A DNA stretch of 64,000 bases from Alphaproteobacteria bacterium (lineage in GTDB: Bacteria > Pseudomonadota > Alphaproteobacteria > Bin95), in NCBI GenBank assembly GCA_965205265.1, contig CBDBGH010000003.1, forward strand, positions 3,776,001 to 3,840,000, written 5' to 3'. Both the position numbers and the translations under genes were made by a program. The number at the start of each line of letters is the position of its first letter. Position 1 is the first letter of the stretch. The notes below the pieces were generated by a model, which saw only the letters and a list, made by a program, of their open reading frames with translations, ran no database searches and had not been told where the DNA came from. Shown in pieces: positions 49,001 through 58,407 of this stretch.

Positions 49001-50446
49001 TCAGGCGGCGCCGGGCAGCAGGTCCGGCGGCTCCAGCAGGGCGGGCGGCACGCCGAGGCGGGTGCCGAGCCAGCGCGCGGCGCGGCCGGTATCGACGGCG
49101 GCCAGCGCCCCGGGCCCGAGCCCCGCCACGGCGCCCAGCCAGGTGAGCGCCGCCCCCGCCTCGCGCCGCCCGGCCGCCTGCGCCAGCGGCGAGCGCAGCC
49201 GGAGCCCCGCTTCGCGCCCGTCAAGCGCGAAGGCCGGGACCTCGCCGCGCCGGGCGAGGATGGAGAGCGCGCGTCCGATCAGCGGCGTCAGCAGCTCGGA
49301 CTCCAGACGCCCGTAGGTCGCGCCGAGCAGCCGCGCCGTCTCCGCCGAGCGCTCCAGCACCTCGGTCGCGGTCATGGCCGGGCTCGCGGGCTCGGCCAGC
49401 CGGTCGGCGAGCAGCGCGTGGCGGATGCGTTTGCGCAGGTCCTCCAGCACGAGCTGCGACACGTCGAAACGCCCCGGTGCGGCAAGCGGCGTCAGCCCCG
49501 CCGAGCCCACCGCCTTCGGCATGACCGCGCCCGGCACCAGCTCCACCGCCGTCGGGTCGAGCACGCCGTCATCGTCGGCCTGCCAGATGCCGGTCGCGGC
49601 GATCGAGGCGTTCTTCAGGATGAGCTCCACCACCTTGTCGGCGGTCTTGATATCGGGCAGCGCCTTCATCACCGGCGAGCGCCCATAGACCTCGCCCGGC
49701 GCCTTCAGCCAGCGGAAGCAGATGAAGGGCGAGACCGCGAAGCGGCCCTCCGCCAGCATTTGCGCCGCCCGGCCGCCGCCGCCTTCCAGCACCGCCAGAT
49801 AGCGGTAGCCGGCGCCCTTGAGTTCGGGCGCAACGCCCTCCACGACGCCGAACGGGCCTTCGCCGGAAAGAACCGGCGCGCGGGGAAAGCGGGCGCGGAG
49901 CGCGGCCGGGCCGAGCTCCCGCCGCCGCCACACCCGGTCGAGCCGCCCTTCCGGCCCCTCCTCCAGCACCGCTTCGCGAAGCGGCACGGCGGTGAAGCGG
50001 AAGGCCGAGGCTGCGCCGAGCGCGCTTTCCTCGAACAGCAGGCAGCCCGTGCCCAGCGCCACGAGGTCCAGCAGCGCCTGGTGCATCTCGACCGCAAAGG
50101 CGGAGCGGTCCAGATGGCCCTGCAGGGCCTCGGCCGCCATGTCCAGCATCTCGGCGCTTTCGGGACCCGCCTCCTGTCCCGGCTCGAAGCCGACCCAGCG
50201 CTCGAAGGGCGGCGTGAGTTCGGCGAGCAGGCTGGCGGCAAGCTGCTCCGCGGCGTCGGCGGCGGTGGCGTCGTAGATGCGCCCGGCGGCGCCGGCGCCG
50301 CCATCGCCATTGACCGCCCCACCCGTCCCGTAGGGAAGGGCATGGGCCGCGCAGTCGCGCCAGAGCGCCTCCCAGGGACGCCGCCGGGCCTCGGCGCGGC
50401 GGTAGCCCGCCAGCAGAACCTCCGGATCCGGTGTTTCGGCAATCAT
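49001..50446 (-). CDS. portal / head-tail connector protein (T7 gp8-like)
   Basis: IYDATA, DLVALGTG, GEVYGRSPVMKALPDIK, MTATEV.ER. Confidence 0.93.
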   Translation of the reverse strand: MIAETPDPEVLLAGYRRAEARRRPWEALWRDCAAHALPYGTGGAVNGDGGAGAAGRIYDATAADAAEQLAASLLAELTPPFERWVGFEPGQEAGPESAEMLDMAAEALQGHLDRSAFAVEMHQALLDLVALGTGCLLFEESALGAASAFRFTAVPLREAVLEEGPEGRLDRVWRRRELGPAALRARFPRAPVLSGEGPFGVVEGVAPELKGAGYRYLAVLEGGGGRAAQMLAEGRFAVSPFICFRWLKAPGEVYGRSPVMKALPDIKTADKVVELILKNASIAATGIWQADDDGVLDPTAVELVPGAVMPKAVGSAGLTPLAAPGRFDVSQLVLEDLRKRIRHALLADRLAEPASPAMTATEVLERSAETARLLGATYGRLESELLTPLIGRALSILARRGEVPAFALDGREAGLRLRSPLAQAAGRREAGAALTWLGAVAGLGPGALAAVDTGRAARWLGTRLGVPPALLEPPDLLPGAA

Positions 50447-50450
50447 GTGT

Positions 50451-50465
50451 GTTCCCTTCATGTTC
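50451..50465 (-). promoter_or_regulatory. alphaproteobacterial LexA (SOS) box directly upstream of the portal gene
   Basis: GTTC-CCTTCAT-GTTC fits GTTC-N7-GTTC exactly; candidate promoter TTAACA-16-TAGGAT just upstream on the minus strand. Confidence 0.75.
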
Positions 50466-50515
50466 TAGACCATCCTACCCCATGTTTCTGATTTGTTAAC
50501 CCAGCGCGAGAAACG

Positions 50516-50938
50516 TTACCCATTATCGAGGAGGAAATCGTGCAACTGGCCGGGCGTAAGCACCCGCCAGGAGGCAATTCCGAGCACCCGCTTGGCCACT
50601 TCGACGCAGGTGGCGGGCAAGAGCGGCGCCGGGCGGAAGCGCCGCCGCCGCCGTGTCTCGACCACGGTGAAACCCCGCTCGCGGTAGAACCCGGCAAGGT
50701 CGAAGGCCGCCGGCACGGGCTGCACCGCGACATCGGTATAGCCGGCCAGCGGATCGACCGTGATCCAGCGCCCCGCCTCCTCCAGCGCGACGAAGCAATG
50801 GCGGAACCCCGGCCGGAGCAGCCGGAGCCAGCCGAGGTCCGCCTTGCCGGAAAACACCGCGAGCGCCCGCCCGCCGCCATTCGTAACGTTCGCCGCGTTG
50901 CGCGCGGCTGCGCCGTTGTGCCCGGAACTGCCCGTCAT
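50516..50938 (-). CDS. hypothetical protein, possible permuted papain-like (NlpC/P60) fold
   Basis: GFRHC ... TCVE ... TPGQL order of His, Cys and TP motifs. Confidence 0.6.
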   Translation of the reverse strand: MTGSSGHNGAAARNAANVTNGGGRALAVFSGKADLGWLRLLRPGFRHCFVALEEAGRWITVDPLAGYTDVAVQPVPAAFDLAGFYRERGFTVVETRRRRRFRPAPLLPATCVEVAKRVLGIASWRVLTPGQLHDFLLDNG

Positions 50939-51303
50939 GCCGCGGCCCCCCGGCGTCCGGAGCCGCCGCCGGCAACGATCCCCTTGGCGCGCAGCAGCTC
51001 CTCCAGCCGCGCCATGCCCTCTTCCCAGAGCCGGGCGAGCGGGCCGTGCGCCGGAGCTTCGAGGCGGCGGCCGAACCCGGTCAGCACCTGCAGGTGCCGC
51101 CGGGTGAGCACACCGGGCTTTACCAGCCGGCGCAGGCAGGCCAGCATGTCGAGCGGCGTGCAGGGCCGGCCACGGCCCTCATGGCCCGGCACGCCGCCAT
51201 CCTCGACCACGAGGCGCCAGGACATGAACCAGAACCAGGCTTCTTCGGCGTTCCTGAACGGCTTTTCGCCGCCGGAGCCTCGCGAAAAATCGGGAACAGG
51301 CAT
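50935..51303 (-). CDS. hypothetical protein, first gene of the phage-like operon (possible regulator)
   Basis: FRNAEEAWFWF, RPCTPLD, LWEEGMARLEELLRAKGIV; ATGA overlap with the next gene. Confidence 0.7.
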   Translation of the reverse strand: MPVPDFSRGSGGEKPFRNAEEAWFWFMSWRLVVEDGGVPGHEGRGRPCTPLDMLACLRRLVKPGVLTRRHLQVLTGFGRRLEAPAHGPLARLWEEGMARLEELLRAKGIVAGGGSGRRGAAA

Positions 51304-51316
51304 GAATCCCCCATCT

Positions 51317-51331
51317 GTTCTTTGAATGTTC
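51317..51331 (-). promoter_or_regulatory. alphaproteobacterial LexA (SOS) box
   Basis: GTTC-TTTGAAT-GTTC just upstream of ATG 51303, overlapping the -10 position for TTGACC at 51352-51347. Confidence 0.78.
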
Positions 51332-51396
51332 CGATTTTGCCTATGTGGTCAAATTCCTAGTGCATGTCAAGCGGATTTGTGCCTATGATGAATTCC

Positions 51397-52026
51397 ATGC
51401 TGACCCATTCCGAAGTCTGGGCCGCGATCGACGCGCTGGCGGACCATCACGGCCTGTCGGTATCCGGGCTCGCCAAGCGGTCGGGGCTGGATGCCACCAC
51501 TTTCAACCGCAGCAAGCGGACCACCAGGGGCGGGCGGCCGCGTTGGCCCAGCACGGAGAGCATCTCCAAGGCGATGGCGGCGACCGGCTGCGGCGTTTCG
51601 GGGCTGTTTGCCGAGCAATTGCGCCGCGAGGGCGCGCCGGCGAGTACCATCCCGGTGATCGGCCACGCCCAGGCGGGCCTCCACGGCTATTTCGACGATG
51701 CCGGCTACCCGGTAGGCGCGGGATGGGACGAGGTCGCTTTCCCGGACCTCGGCGACCCCAACGCCTATGCGCTGGAGATCGCGGGCGACAGCATGGAGCC
51801 CGTCTATCGCGACGGGGATATCGTGGTGGTCTCGCCGGCGGCCAGCCTCCGGCGCGGGGACCGCGTGGTGGCGCGCACCCGCGAGGGCGAGGTGCTGGCC
51901 AAATGGCTCGGCCGGCTGGGCGCGCGGCGTATTGAGCTGCATTCCTTCAATTCCGACCATGAGGACTACGTCCTCGCTCGAAGCGACCTCGACTGGATCG
52001 CCCGTATCGTCTGGGCCAGCCAGTAG
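51397..52026 (+). CDS. HTH plus S24 peptidase (CI/LexA-like) transcriptional regulator
   Basis: SGLAKRSGLDATTFN HTH, AQAG cleavage site, GDSMEP Ser and LAK Lys dyad. Confidence 0.92.
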   Translation: MLTHSEVWAAIDALADHHGLSVSGLAKRSGLDATTFNRSKRTTRGGRPRWPSTESISKAMAATGCGVSGLFAEQLRREGAPASTIPVIGHAQAGLHGYFDDAGYPVGAGWDEVAFPDLGDPNAYALEIAGDSMEPVYRDGDIVVVSPAASLRRGDRVVARTREGEVLAKWLGRLGARRIELHSFNSDHEDYVLARSDLDWIARIVWASQ

Positions 52027-52092
52027 CAGCAGCCCTTTCCGGGCCTCCCTCCCCTCGTTTCTTCCTGCCCTTGCGGGCTACATCGACAGTCG

Positions 52093-52761
52093 TTGACCGG
52101 AACTCATATCGATTGCCACCCGAACACTCTTCCCCCGCCCCGGGCCGGCGCGGTCCGGCGGTGGCGGGCCGGGCTGGCGGCGCTGGCGGAGCGGGATGCC
52201 CGTATCCGGATGGCGCTGGCCGAGGTCGGGGCGCCGCCCATGGCGCTCAGGGGGGCGGGCTTTGCGGCGCTCTTGCGGGCGATTGCGGCGCAGCAGGTTT
52301 CCGCCGCCTCGGCGCGGGCGATCTGGGGCCGGCTGGAGGAGGCTGCGGGCGGCAGGGTGACGGCGCGCGCCGTGCTGGCGCTCGGGCCGGAGGGGCTTCG
52401 CGCCGCCGGGCTCTCGCGGCCCAAGGCGGGTTACGCGCTCGACATCGCGGGGGCGCTTGCCTCGGGGCGGGTTTCGCTCTGGCGCATTGCGCGCATGCCG
52501 GATGAGGAGGCCGTCGCCGCCCTCTCGGCGCTGAAGGGCGTCGGGCGCTGGACGGCGGAAGTCTGGCTCCTGTTCGCGGCCGGCCGCCCCGACATCTGGC
52601 CGGCGGCCGACCTCGCGCTCTGCATCGCGCTCCAGAGAACCCTCGGCCTGGACGCCCGCCCGACGCCCGCCGAGGCGGCGCGCCTCACCGAAGCCTGGTC
52701 GCCCCACCGCAGCGCCGCCGCTATCCTCCACTGGCACATCTACCGCACCGCGCCTTCCTAG
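52093..52761 (+). CDS. DNA-3-methyladenine glycosylase (AlkA family)
   Basis: IAAQQVS, GLSRPK, KGVGRWTAE HhH, PAADL, WSPHRS; start uncertain. Confidence 0.88.
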   Translation: MTGTHIDCHPNTLPPPRAGAVRRWRAGLAALAERDARIRMALAEVGAPPMALRGAGFAALLRAIAAQQVSAASARAIWGRLEEAAGGRVTARAVLALGPEGLRAAGLSRPKAGYALDIAGALASGRVSLWRIARMPDEEAVAALSALKGVGRWTAEVWLLFAAGRPDIWPAADLALCIALQRTLGLDARPTPAEAARLTEAWSPHRSAAAILHWHIYRTAPS

Positions 52762-52767
52762 CCCGGG

Positions 52768-53421
52768 TCATCGCGGCCGCGAGCCTTGCGCGGCGAGGCC
52801 GGCGGCGAGCGCGGCGAGCACCGCCCAGCCCTGCCAGGAGTCCAAGGCGAGCAGGGTAAGCGCCGAGAGGGCGAGCCAGAGCGCCGGCGGGAGGCAGACG
52901 AGCGCCGTCCAGCGGTTGCGCGGCGCGAGCGCGACGAGGCCGAGCGTGGCGATGGCGGTCGGGTCGGGCGCAATCGCAACGATCTCGGCCTCCCGCCAGG
53001 ACCGCCCGTCCAGCAGCGCCAGCAGCGGCCAGACGAACAGCGCCGCCGCCAGGAGGCCGATGCCTGTTGCAGCGCCGGGTCCCCGCCGGGAGAAGGCGAG
53101 CCGGCCCGCGAGGCCGAGCGCCGCCAGCAGCGCGGCTTCCGCGTAGAAGCCCCAGGCGAAGCGCGGCGCGGCCCAGTTTACCGCCCCGTAGCCGAGCGCG
53201 ACGAACTGCCAGCCGGTCCAGAGCCAGACCGCGCCGAGCAAGGGGCCGAGCCGGCGTCCGGACGGCCGCCGGTCCTTGAGCAGCCTGTAGAGGAGCGCCG
53301 CGCCCGCCGCCAGCAGCAACGGCTGGACCGGCCAGAGCGCCTCGTTCTCCAGCGCGAACAGCCGCCAATAGACGCGCGGCTCGAACGGCAGCATATCCGC
53401 CAGCGCCCGGAACCCGTCCAT
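52768..53421 (-). CDS. integral membrane protein
   Basis: Multiple TM segments; MLPFEPRVYWRLF, APDPTAIATLG. Confidence 0.7.
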   Translation of the reverse strand: MDGFRALADMLPFEPRVYWRLFALENEALWPVQPLLLAAGAALLYRLLKDRRPSGRRLGPLLGAVWLWTGWQFVALGYGAVNWAAPRFAWGFYAEAALLAALGLAGRLAFSRRGPGAATGIGLLAAALFVWPLLALLDGRSWREAEIVAIAPDPTAIATLGLVALAPRNRWTALVCLPPALWLALSALTLLALDSWQGWAVLAALAAGLAAQGSRPR

Positions 53422-53449
53422 GGCGGCGCGCTAACCGGCCCCCGATGCG

Positions 53450-54352
53450 CTACAGGTCCCGGACATGCGCCGCCATGCGCCGGCGGAGCGCCGCATCCGG
53501 CATAGGCCCGAAGGCGGCGGACTTGTTCTCGCGCAAATGGTCAACCCGCCGGGTCGCCGGGATGGCCGCGGTGACGGCAGGATGGGAGAGAATGAATTTC
53601 AACAGGAATTGCGGCCAGGTGGAGACGCCGATTTCGGCCGCCCAGCCGGGCATGGCGCGGCCGGCGAGCCGGTCCGGCAGCCGGCCGCGCCGGAAGGGCC
53701 GGTTGCAGATGACGGCGATGCCGCGCTCCCGCGCGAGCGGCAGCAGGCGGCGCTCCGCTTCCCGGTCCACGATGTTGTAGGTGAGCTGGACGAAATCGGG
53801 CCGGCGGCGGCGCATCGCCTGCTCCAGCTCGCCATGCCGGCGGCCGTGCGAGGTGGTGACGCCGGTATGGCGGATGGCGCCGGCCTCCTTCATCGCCTCC
53901 AGACTATCGAGGTTCCGTTCCCAGTCGATCAGGTTGTGGACCTGGAGGAGGTCGAATCGAGCAACGCCCCAGCGCCGGGCGGTTTCCGCGATCTGCGCAC
54001 GCGCGTCGGCCGCGCGGGTCCAGACCTTGTCGGCGGAGAAGAGGCCCGCCGGGCGGCCGAGCTTCGCGAACCCCTCGCCGATCACCGCCTGCGAGGAGCC
54101 GTACATGGGCGAGGAATCGATCATGCCCCCGCCCGCCTCGAAGAAGGCCGCCATGACGGCGCGGCACTCGGCGCGGAGCAGCGGGTCGTTGCCGACATTG
54201 AAGGTGATCCAACTGCCGAGCCCGACCGCCGGCACGGGCTCCCCGGTCGCCGGAACGGGCTTCATCAACGCCCCGCCGGGCGCCACGCCCAGAGCGGGCG
54301 CCGCCAGCGCCGCGCCTGCGCCGGCCAGGACTGTCCGCCGGGTCGCGCGCAT
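53450..54352 (-). CDS. aldo/keto reductase with Tat-like signal
   Basis: TRRTVLAG; GLGSW, IDSSPMYG, DLLQVHN, QLTYN, IPAT. Confidence 0.9.
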   Translation of the reverse strand: MRATRRTVLAGAGAALAAPALGVAPGGALMKPVPATGEPVPAVGLGSWITFNVGNDPLLRAECRAVMAAFFEAGGGMIDSSPMYGSSQAVIGEGFAKLGRPAGLFSADKVWTRAADARAQIAETARRWGVARFDLLQVHNLIDWERNLDSLEAMKEAGAIRHTGVTTSHGRRHGELEQAMRRRRPDFVQLTYNIVDREAERRLLPLARERGIAVICNRPFRRGRLPDRLAGRAMPGWAAEIGVSTWPQFLLKFILSHPAVTAAIPATRRVDHLRENKSAAFGPMPDAALRRRMAAHVRDL

Positions 54353-54487
54353 GGGGGCTCCTCCCCTTCCTGCCGGCCGCGAGGGTAGCGCCGGGGCCGG
54401 GACCGGCCAAGCGGCTGGCCGGGCCGGCGGCTTTCGTGGCAGAGTGCAGGCGGTTCCGAAAACCCGAGGCGAAGGGGGCGACTGCCC

Positions 54488-55282
54488 ATGGCGGTGCTCA
54501 GGATTTTCTCCTACCTGCCCAATCCGCGCGTCTGGAAGGCGACGATCGCCGCGCGGCTGCTCGGCGTCGAGGTCGAGGTTGTGGGCGACCGCCCGAAGGC
54601 GCTGCCGGGCTGGCTCTGGGATTTCGACGCGAGGCCGCTCGAAGAGGCCGAGAAGACGCCCGGCAACCCGCATGCGCGCGCGAGCAAGCGCGGCTTCGAC
54701 GCCACCATGCTCTACAAGACGGACGCCTTCCTCGCGGCCCACCCCTTCGGCACCGTGCCGGCGGCCTTCGACCCGACGGGGGCGACCGGCGTGTTCGAAT
54801 CGAACAGCATCCTGCGCGCCGTCGCCCGCGCGGCTGGCGGGCTTTACGGCGAGGGGCCGTACGAGGCGGCGCGGATCGACAGCTTCCTCGATGCGGGGCT
54901 CGTCTTCGCGCGCGAGGCGCAGGCCTATCTGCTGAAGCTGGTGGCCCGCGAGGCGACGCAGGAGCTTTCCGACCGCATGCGCGAGGCTTACGCCTTCTAC
55001 CTGGACGGCATCGACAATGCCGCGAGGCGCGGCGGCGAAGGTCTGGCCGGCCCGTTCTCGATCGCCGACATCGCCTTCGTGTGCGATTTCGCGCAATTCC
55101 GCCGCGAGGAGCGCATGCACGACCGGCTGGCGGATTGCGGCCTCGAGCCCATCTACCGGCCCGGCGGCCACCCGCATGCGCACGCCCATTTCGACCGCCT
55201 GCGCCGCCTGCCCGCCTTCGCCGCCGACCTCGGCGGCGGCTATGTGCTCGAAACGCAGGCCGAAGAGAGGAAAAGCGCATGA
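54488..55282 (+). CDS. glutathione S-transferase-like protein
   Basis: HPFGTVP, FESNSILR, FSIADI. Confidence 0.8.
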   Translation: MAVLRIFSYLPNPRVWKATIAARLLGVEVEVVGDRPKALPGWLWDFDARPLEEAEKTPGNPHARASKRGFDATMLYKTDAFLAAHPFGTVPAAFDPTGATGVFESNSILRAVARAAGGLYGEGPYEAARIDSFLDAGLVFAREAQAYLLKLVAREATQELSDRMREAYAFYLDGIDNAARRGGEGLAGPFSIADIAFVCDFAQFRREERMHDRLADCGLEPIYRPGGHPHAHAHFDRLRRLPAFAADLGGGYVLETQAEERKSA

Positions 55283-55989
55283 GCCGGCCGGTTGCGCTCG
55301 TCACCGGCGTCGGCCCCGACGGGGGCACCGGCGCCGAAATCGCCCGGCGCTTCGCCGATGGCGGCTACCTGACCGCCATGCTCGCCCGCGACGCGGAGCG
55401 GCTGGCCGCGCTCGAAGCCGACATAGAGAACGCCGCCGCCTTCCCCTGCGATGTGGGCGACATCGACGCGCTCAAGGCCACCATCGAGGCAGTCCGCGAG
55501 CGGCTGGGCCCGCCGACGGTCGTGGTGCATAACGCGCTCAGGAGCACGCGGGGCCCGTTCCTGGAGCAGGACCCGGAGGAGCTCGAACGCAATTTCCGCG
55601 TGAACGCGACGGCGCTGCTGCATCTCGCCCGCGAGACGATTCCGGGCATGCTGGACGCGGGCGGCGGCGCGCTGCTGGTCACCGGCAACACTTCGGCCAC
55701 GCGCGGCAAGGCGCATTGGGGCTTCTTCGCTTCCACCAAGGCCGCTCAGCGCATCCTCGCGGAGTCCATCGCGCGCGAGTTCGGGCCGCAGGGCATCCAT
55801 GTCGCCTATTTCATCATCGACGCCGCCATCGACACGCCGCGCACGCGCCCCTTCATCGCGCCGGATGCGCCGGACGAGTTCTTCGCCAGGCCCGTCGCCA
55901 TCGCCGAGGAGATGTACCGCGTCGCCCACCAGGACCGCTCCGCCTGGTCGTTCCGCGTCGAGCTCCGCCCCTTCGGCGAGACCTGGTAG
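55279..55989 (+). CDS. SDR-family oxidoreductase
   Basis: VTGVGPDGGTG, VVHNA, KAAQRILAESIARE. Confidence 0.88.
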   Translation: MSRPVALVTGVGPDGGTGAEIARRFADGGYLTAMLARDAERLAALEADIENAAAFPCDVGDIDALKATIEAVRERLGPPTVVVHNALRSTRGPFLEQDPEELERNFRVNATALLHLARETIPGMLDAGGGALLVTGNTSATRGKAHWGFFASTKAAQRILAESIAREFGPQGIHVAYFIIDAAIDTPRTRPFIAPDAPDEFFARPVAIAEEMYRVAHQDRSAWSFRVELRPFGETW

Positions 55990-55991
55990 GC

Positions 55992-56378
55992 CTATGCGGC
56001 CCGGATATCGGTCTGCGGGAAGTCGCCGCCCTTGAACAGCAACGGCTCGCCGGTGGTGCTCGCAAGCGCATAGGCGAAGCAATCGCCGAAGTTCAGCGCG
56101 GCCGGATGGTTGCCCCTGCCGAAGCGCCGCCAGGCCTGCCGGGCCGCTTCCATCTGCTCCCCCGTCACCGGCACCGCCTCGATCCCGGCGCGCGCCAGAA
56201 CAACATCGAGCTCATGCCCGGCCGCCGCGCCGCCGCGGCCCTCCACCACCATGCATGCCTCCAGAATGTTGGCGACCGACATGCGGCAATTCGGGGCGGT
56301 GAGCATCGCTTCCTCATAGCGCTCGGCATCGCTCTCTCTGTTCACAACCGCAATCAGGGCCGAACTGTCGACGATCAC
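55992..56378 (-). CDS. vapC: VapC PIN toxin
   Basis: IVDSSA, LNFGDCFAYA, LLFKGGDF. Confidence 0.93.
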   Translation of the reverse strand: MIVDSSALIAVVNRESDAERYEEAMLTAPNCRMSVANILEACMVVEGRGGAAAGHELDVVLARAGIEAVPVTGEQMEAARQAWRRFGRGNHPAALNFGDCFAYALASTTGEPLLFKGGDFPQTDIRAA

Positions 56379-56632
56379 CTCGGCAATCCCCGCTCGTCAT
56401 AGAGGAAATCGCCAAGCTCAACCGCCGAAGGACCGGGTCCCATCAGCTTGGCGCAACGCTCCGCTGCGGCGCGCAGATCCCGGCGCCGCTCTTCAATGTC
56501 GCGCGTCCGCCTTTCCCGCTCCAGCCGTTCCCGCAGCGCTACGGTTATGGCGCCGGTCTTGGTCTCGCCGGTCAACCGGGCCAGTTCGGCAGCGAGCCGG
56601 CAGGTTTCCTCGTTCTTGATATTGAGGCTCAT
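56375..56632 (-). CDS. vapB: VapB antitoxin
   Basis: MSLNIKNEET..LA..TGETKTGAI, LYDERGLP; overlaps vapC. Confidence 0.9.
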   Translation of the reverse strand: MSLNIKNEETCRLAAELARLTGETKTGAITVALRERLERERRTRDIEERRRDLRAAAERCAKLMGPGPSAVELGDFLYDERGLPR

Positions 56633-56672
56633 CGCAACCGCCTAGGGTAGAATTCCGGTTTGCCGTTCTACC

Positions 56673-58178
56673 CTAACCGCCGCCCAGCTCCTCGCGCAAG
56701 AGGCGCTTCAGCACCTTGCCGGAGGGGTTGCGCGGCAGTTCGGCCCTCAGGTGCAGCTCCTTCGGCACCTTGAAGCCGGCCAGCCGGGCGCGGCAATAGC
56801 GCTGCAATTCCTCCAGGGTCAATGAGGCGCCGGGCCGGAGCGCCACGACCGCGGCCGGCCGCTCGCCCCAGCGCTCGTCCGCAAGGCCGATGGCCGCCGC
56901 CTCATGCACGGCGTCGTGCTCGTAGAGCACCCGCTCGATCTCCGAGGACGCGATGTTCTCGCCGCCGGAAAGGATCATGTCCTTGCGCCGGTCGGTGAGG
57001 TAGAGGAAGCCCTCCTCGTCCAGCCAGCCGACATCGCCGGTTCTCAGCCGGTCTCCGAAAAACGCTTCGGCCGTGCGTTCCGGGTCGTGCCAGTAGCCGC
57101 GCGTGATCTTCGGGCCTCTCAGGCAGATCTCGCCCTCCTCGCCCGGCGCGAGCGCGCGGCCCGCCTCGTCGCGCACCGTCACCTCGACATGGGCGATCGC
57201 GCGGCCGACCGAGCCGATCTTCTCCAGCTCGCGTCCCGCCTCCATCAGTGTGTCGCCGCCGACGCTTTCCGTCAGCCCGTAGGCGTCGATATAGCGGGCG
57301 CCCGGAAAGGCGGCGGCGAATTCCCGGATGCGCGATTCGGGCGTGCGCTCGCCGCCGCCGATCACCCATTCGAGCGCGCTTGCGTCGAAGCGGCCGAGCC
57401 CCGGGTCGGCGAGCACGCCATTGGTGATCGTGGGCGCGAGCCAGGCGCCGGTGACGCGCTCGGCCTCCAGCGCCTCCAGGATTGCCCGCGGCCGCGCCTC
57501 CCGGTGCAGAACGATGCAGCCGCCCCGGCGCCAGACATCGATCCCCGGCAGGTCGAAGCCGCCGACATGGTAGAGCGGGCCCACCACCAGCAGCCGGTCG
57601 TCGGGCCCGCCGCCGAGCGCGGCCGTCTGGTCGAGGCACTTCCAGTAGAAGTTCGCGTAGCTGTGCTGCACGCCCTTCGGCCGGTCGGTGGTGCCGGAGG
57701 TGTACATGAGGCGGAAGACATCGTCGGGCGCGGCCCCGGCCATAGGCGGAGCCTCCGCCCCGGCACTCAGCCGCCGGCTGTCGCGCGCCGTCCCGGCGTC
57801 GAGCGGCGTAAAGGGCACGCGCGCCGCTTCCGCCGCTGCGGCGGCGGCATCGAGTTCCTCGTCGGCGAACAGGCGCCGGGCGCCCGCATGGTCGAGAATC
57901 CAGGCGATTTCGTCGGCGGCGAGGCGGAAGTTGAGCGGCAGGAAGACCGCGCCGACATGGCTGGCGGCGAAGGCGAGGTCGTAGAAGGCGGGGCTGTTCT
58001 TCAGGCAGGCCGCGACGACATCGCCGGGGCCGAGGCCGAGCACCGCCAGCCTGCCGGCCATCGCCGTCATGTTGTCCAGGAGCGCGCCGTAACCGAGCCG
58101 GAGGTCTTCATAGACGAGCGCCTCGCGCTCCGGCGTGCGCCGGGCGTGAAAGGCGATGAAGCTCGTGAGCGCAATCAT
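56673..58178 (-). CDS. AMP-binding acyl-CoA synthetase
   Basis: YTSGTTDRPKG, YGLTE, RTGD, SGGENI, GKVLK. Confidence 0.93.
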   Translation of the reverse strand: MIALTSFIAFHARRTPEREALVYEDLRLGYGALLDNMTAMAGRLAVLGLGPGDVVAACLKNSPAFYDLAFAASHVGAVFLPLNFRLAADEIAWILDHAGARRLFADEELDAAAAAAEAARVPFTPLDAGTARDSRRLSAGAEAPPMAGAAPDDVFRLMYTSGTTDRPKGVQHSYANFYWKCLDQTAALGGGPDDRLLVVGPLYHVGGFDLPGIDVWRRGGCIVLHREARPRAILEALEAERVTGAWLAPTITNGVLADPGLGRFDASALEWVIGGGERTPESRIREFAAAFPGARYIDAYGLTESVGGDTLMEAGRELEKIGSVGRAIAHVEVTVRDEAGRALAPGEEGEICLRGPKITRGYWHDPERTAEAFFGDRLRTGDVGWLDEEGFLYLTDRRKDMILSGGENIASSEIERVLYEHDAVHEAAAIGLADERWGERPAAVVALRPGASLTLEELQRYCRARLAGFKVPKELHLRAELPRNPSGKVLKRLLREELGGG

Positions 58179-58407
58179 GGCGCCGCCGAGCTTCGCCGCC
58201 CCTCCGGGCCGATGCAAGCCCGCCGGGCGGCGCACAAAGGAACGGCCGGCATGGACGAGGAAGGTCCATGCCGGCCGCGAGGCACAGGAAGGAGTCCGAG
58301 GGGACATGACGGCGCCGGAGCCGGAAACCCCGCCGCCGGATGCCAATATGGCCGCCGAATGGGGCGCAAATGCGGCGCGTTCCTGTCCCGGGCGTAATGT
58401 TCCCGCC

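Noticed and set aside
41757-52026. Complete inducible prophage
   Set aside because: No integrase, att sites, replication, tail-fibre or lysin genes recognised; flanks are host genes
57802-57812. 11-nt match to the putative guide part of the tracrRNA (AGCGGCGTAAA)
   Set aside because: Too short, inside a metabolic CDS rather than a promoter, PAM unknown
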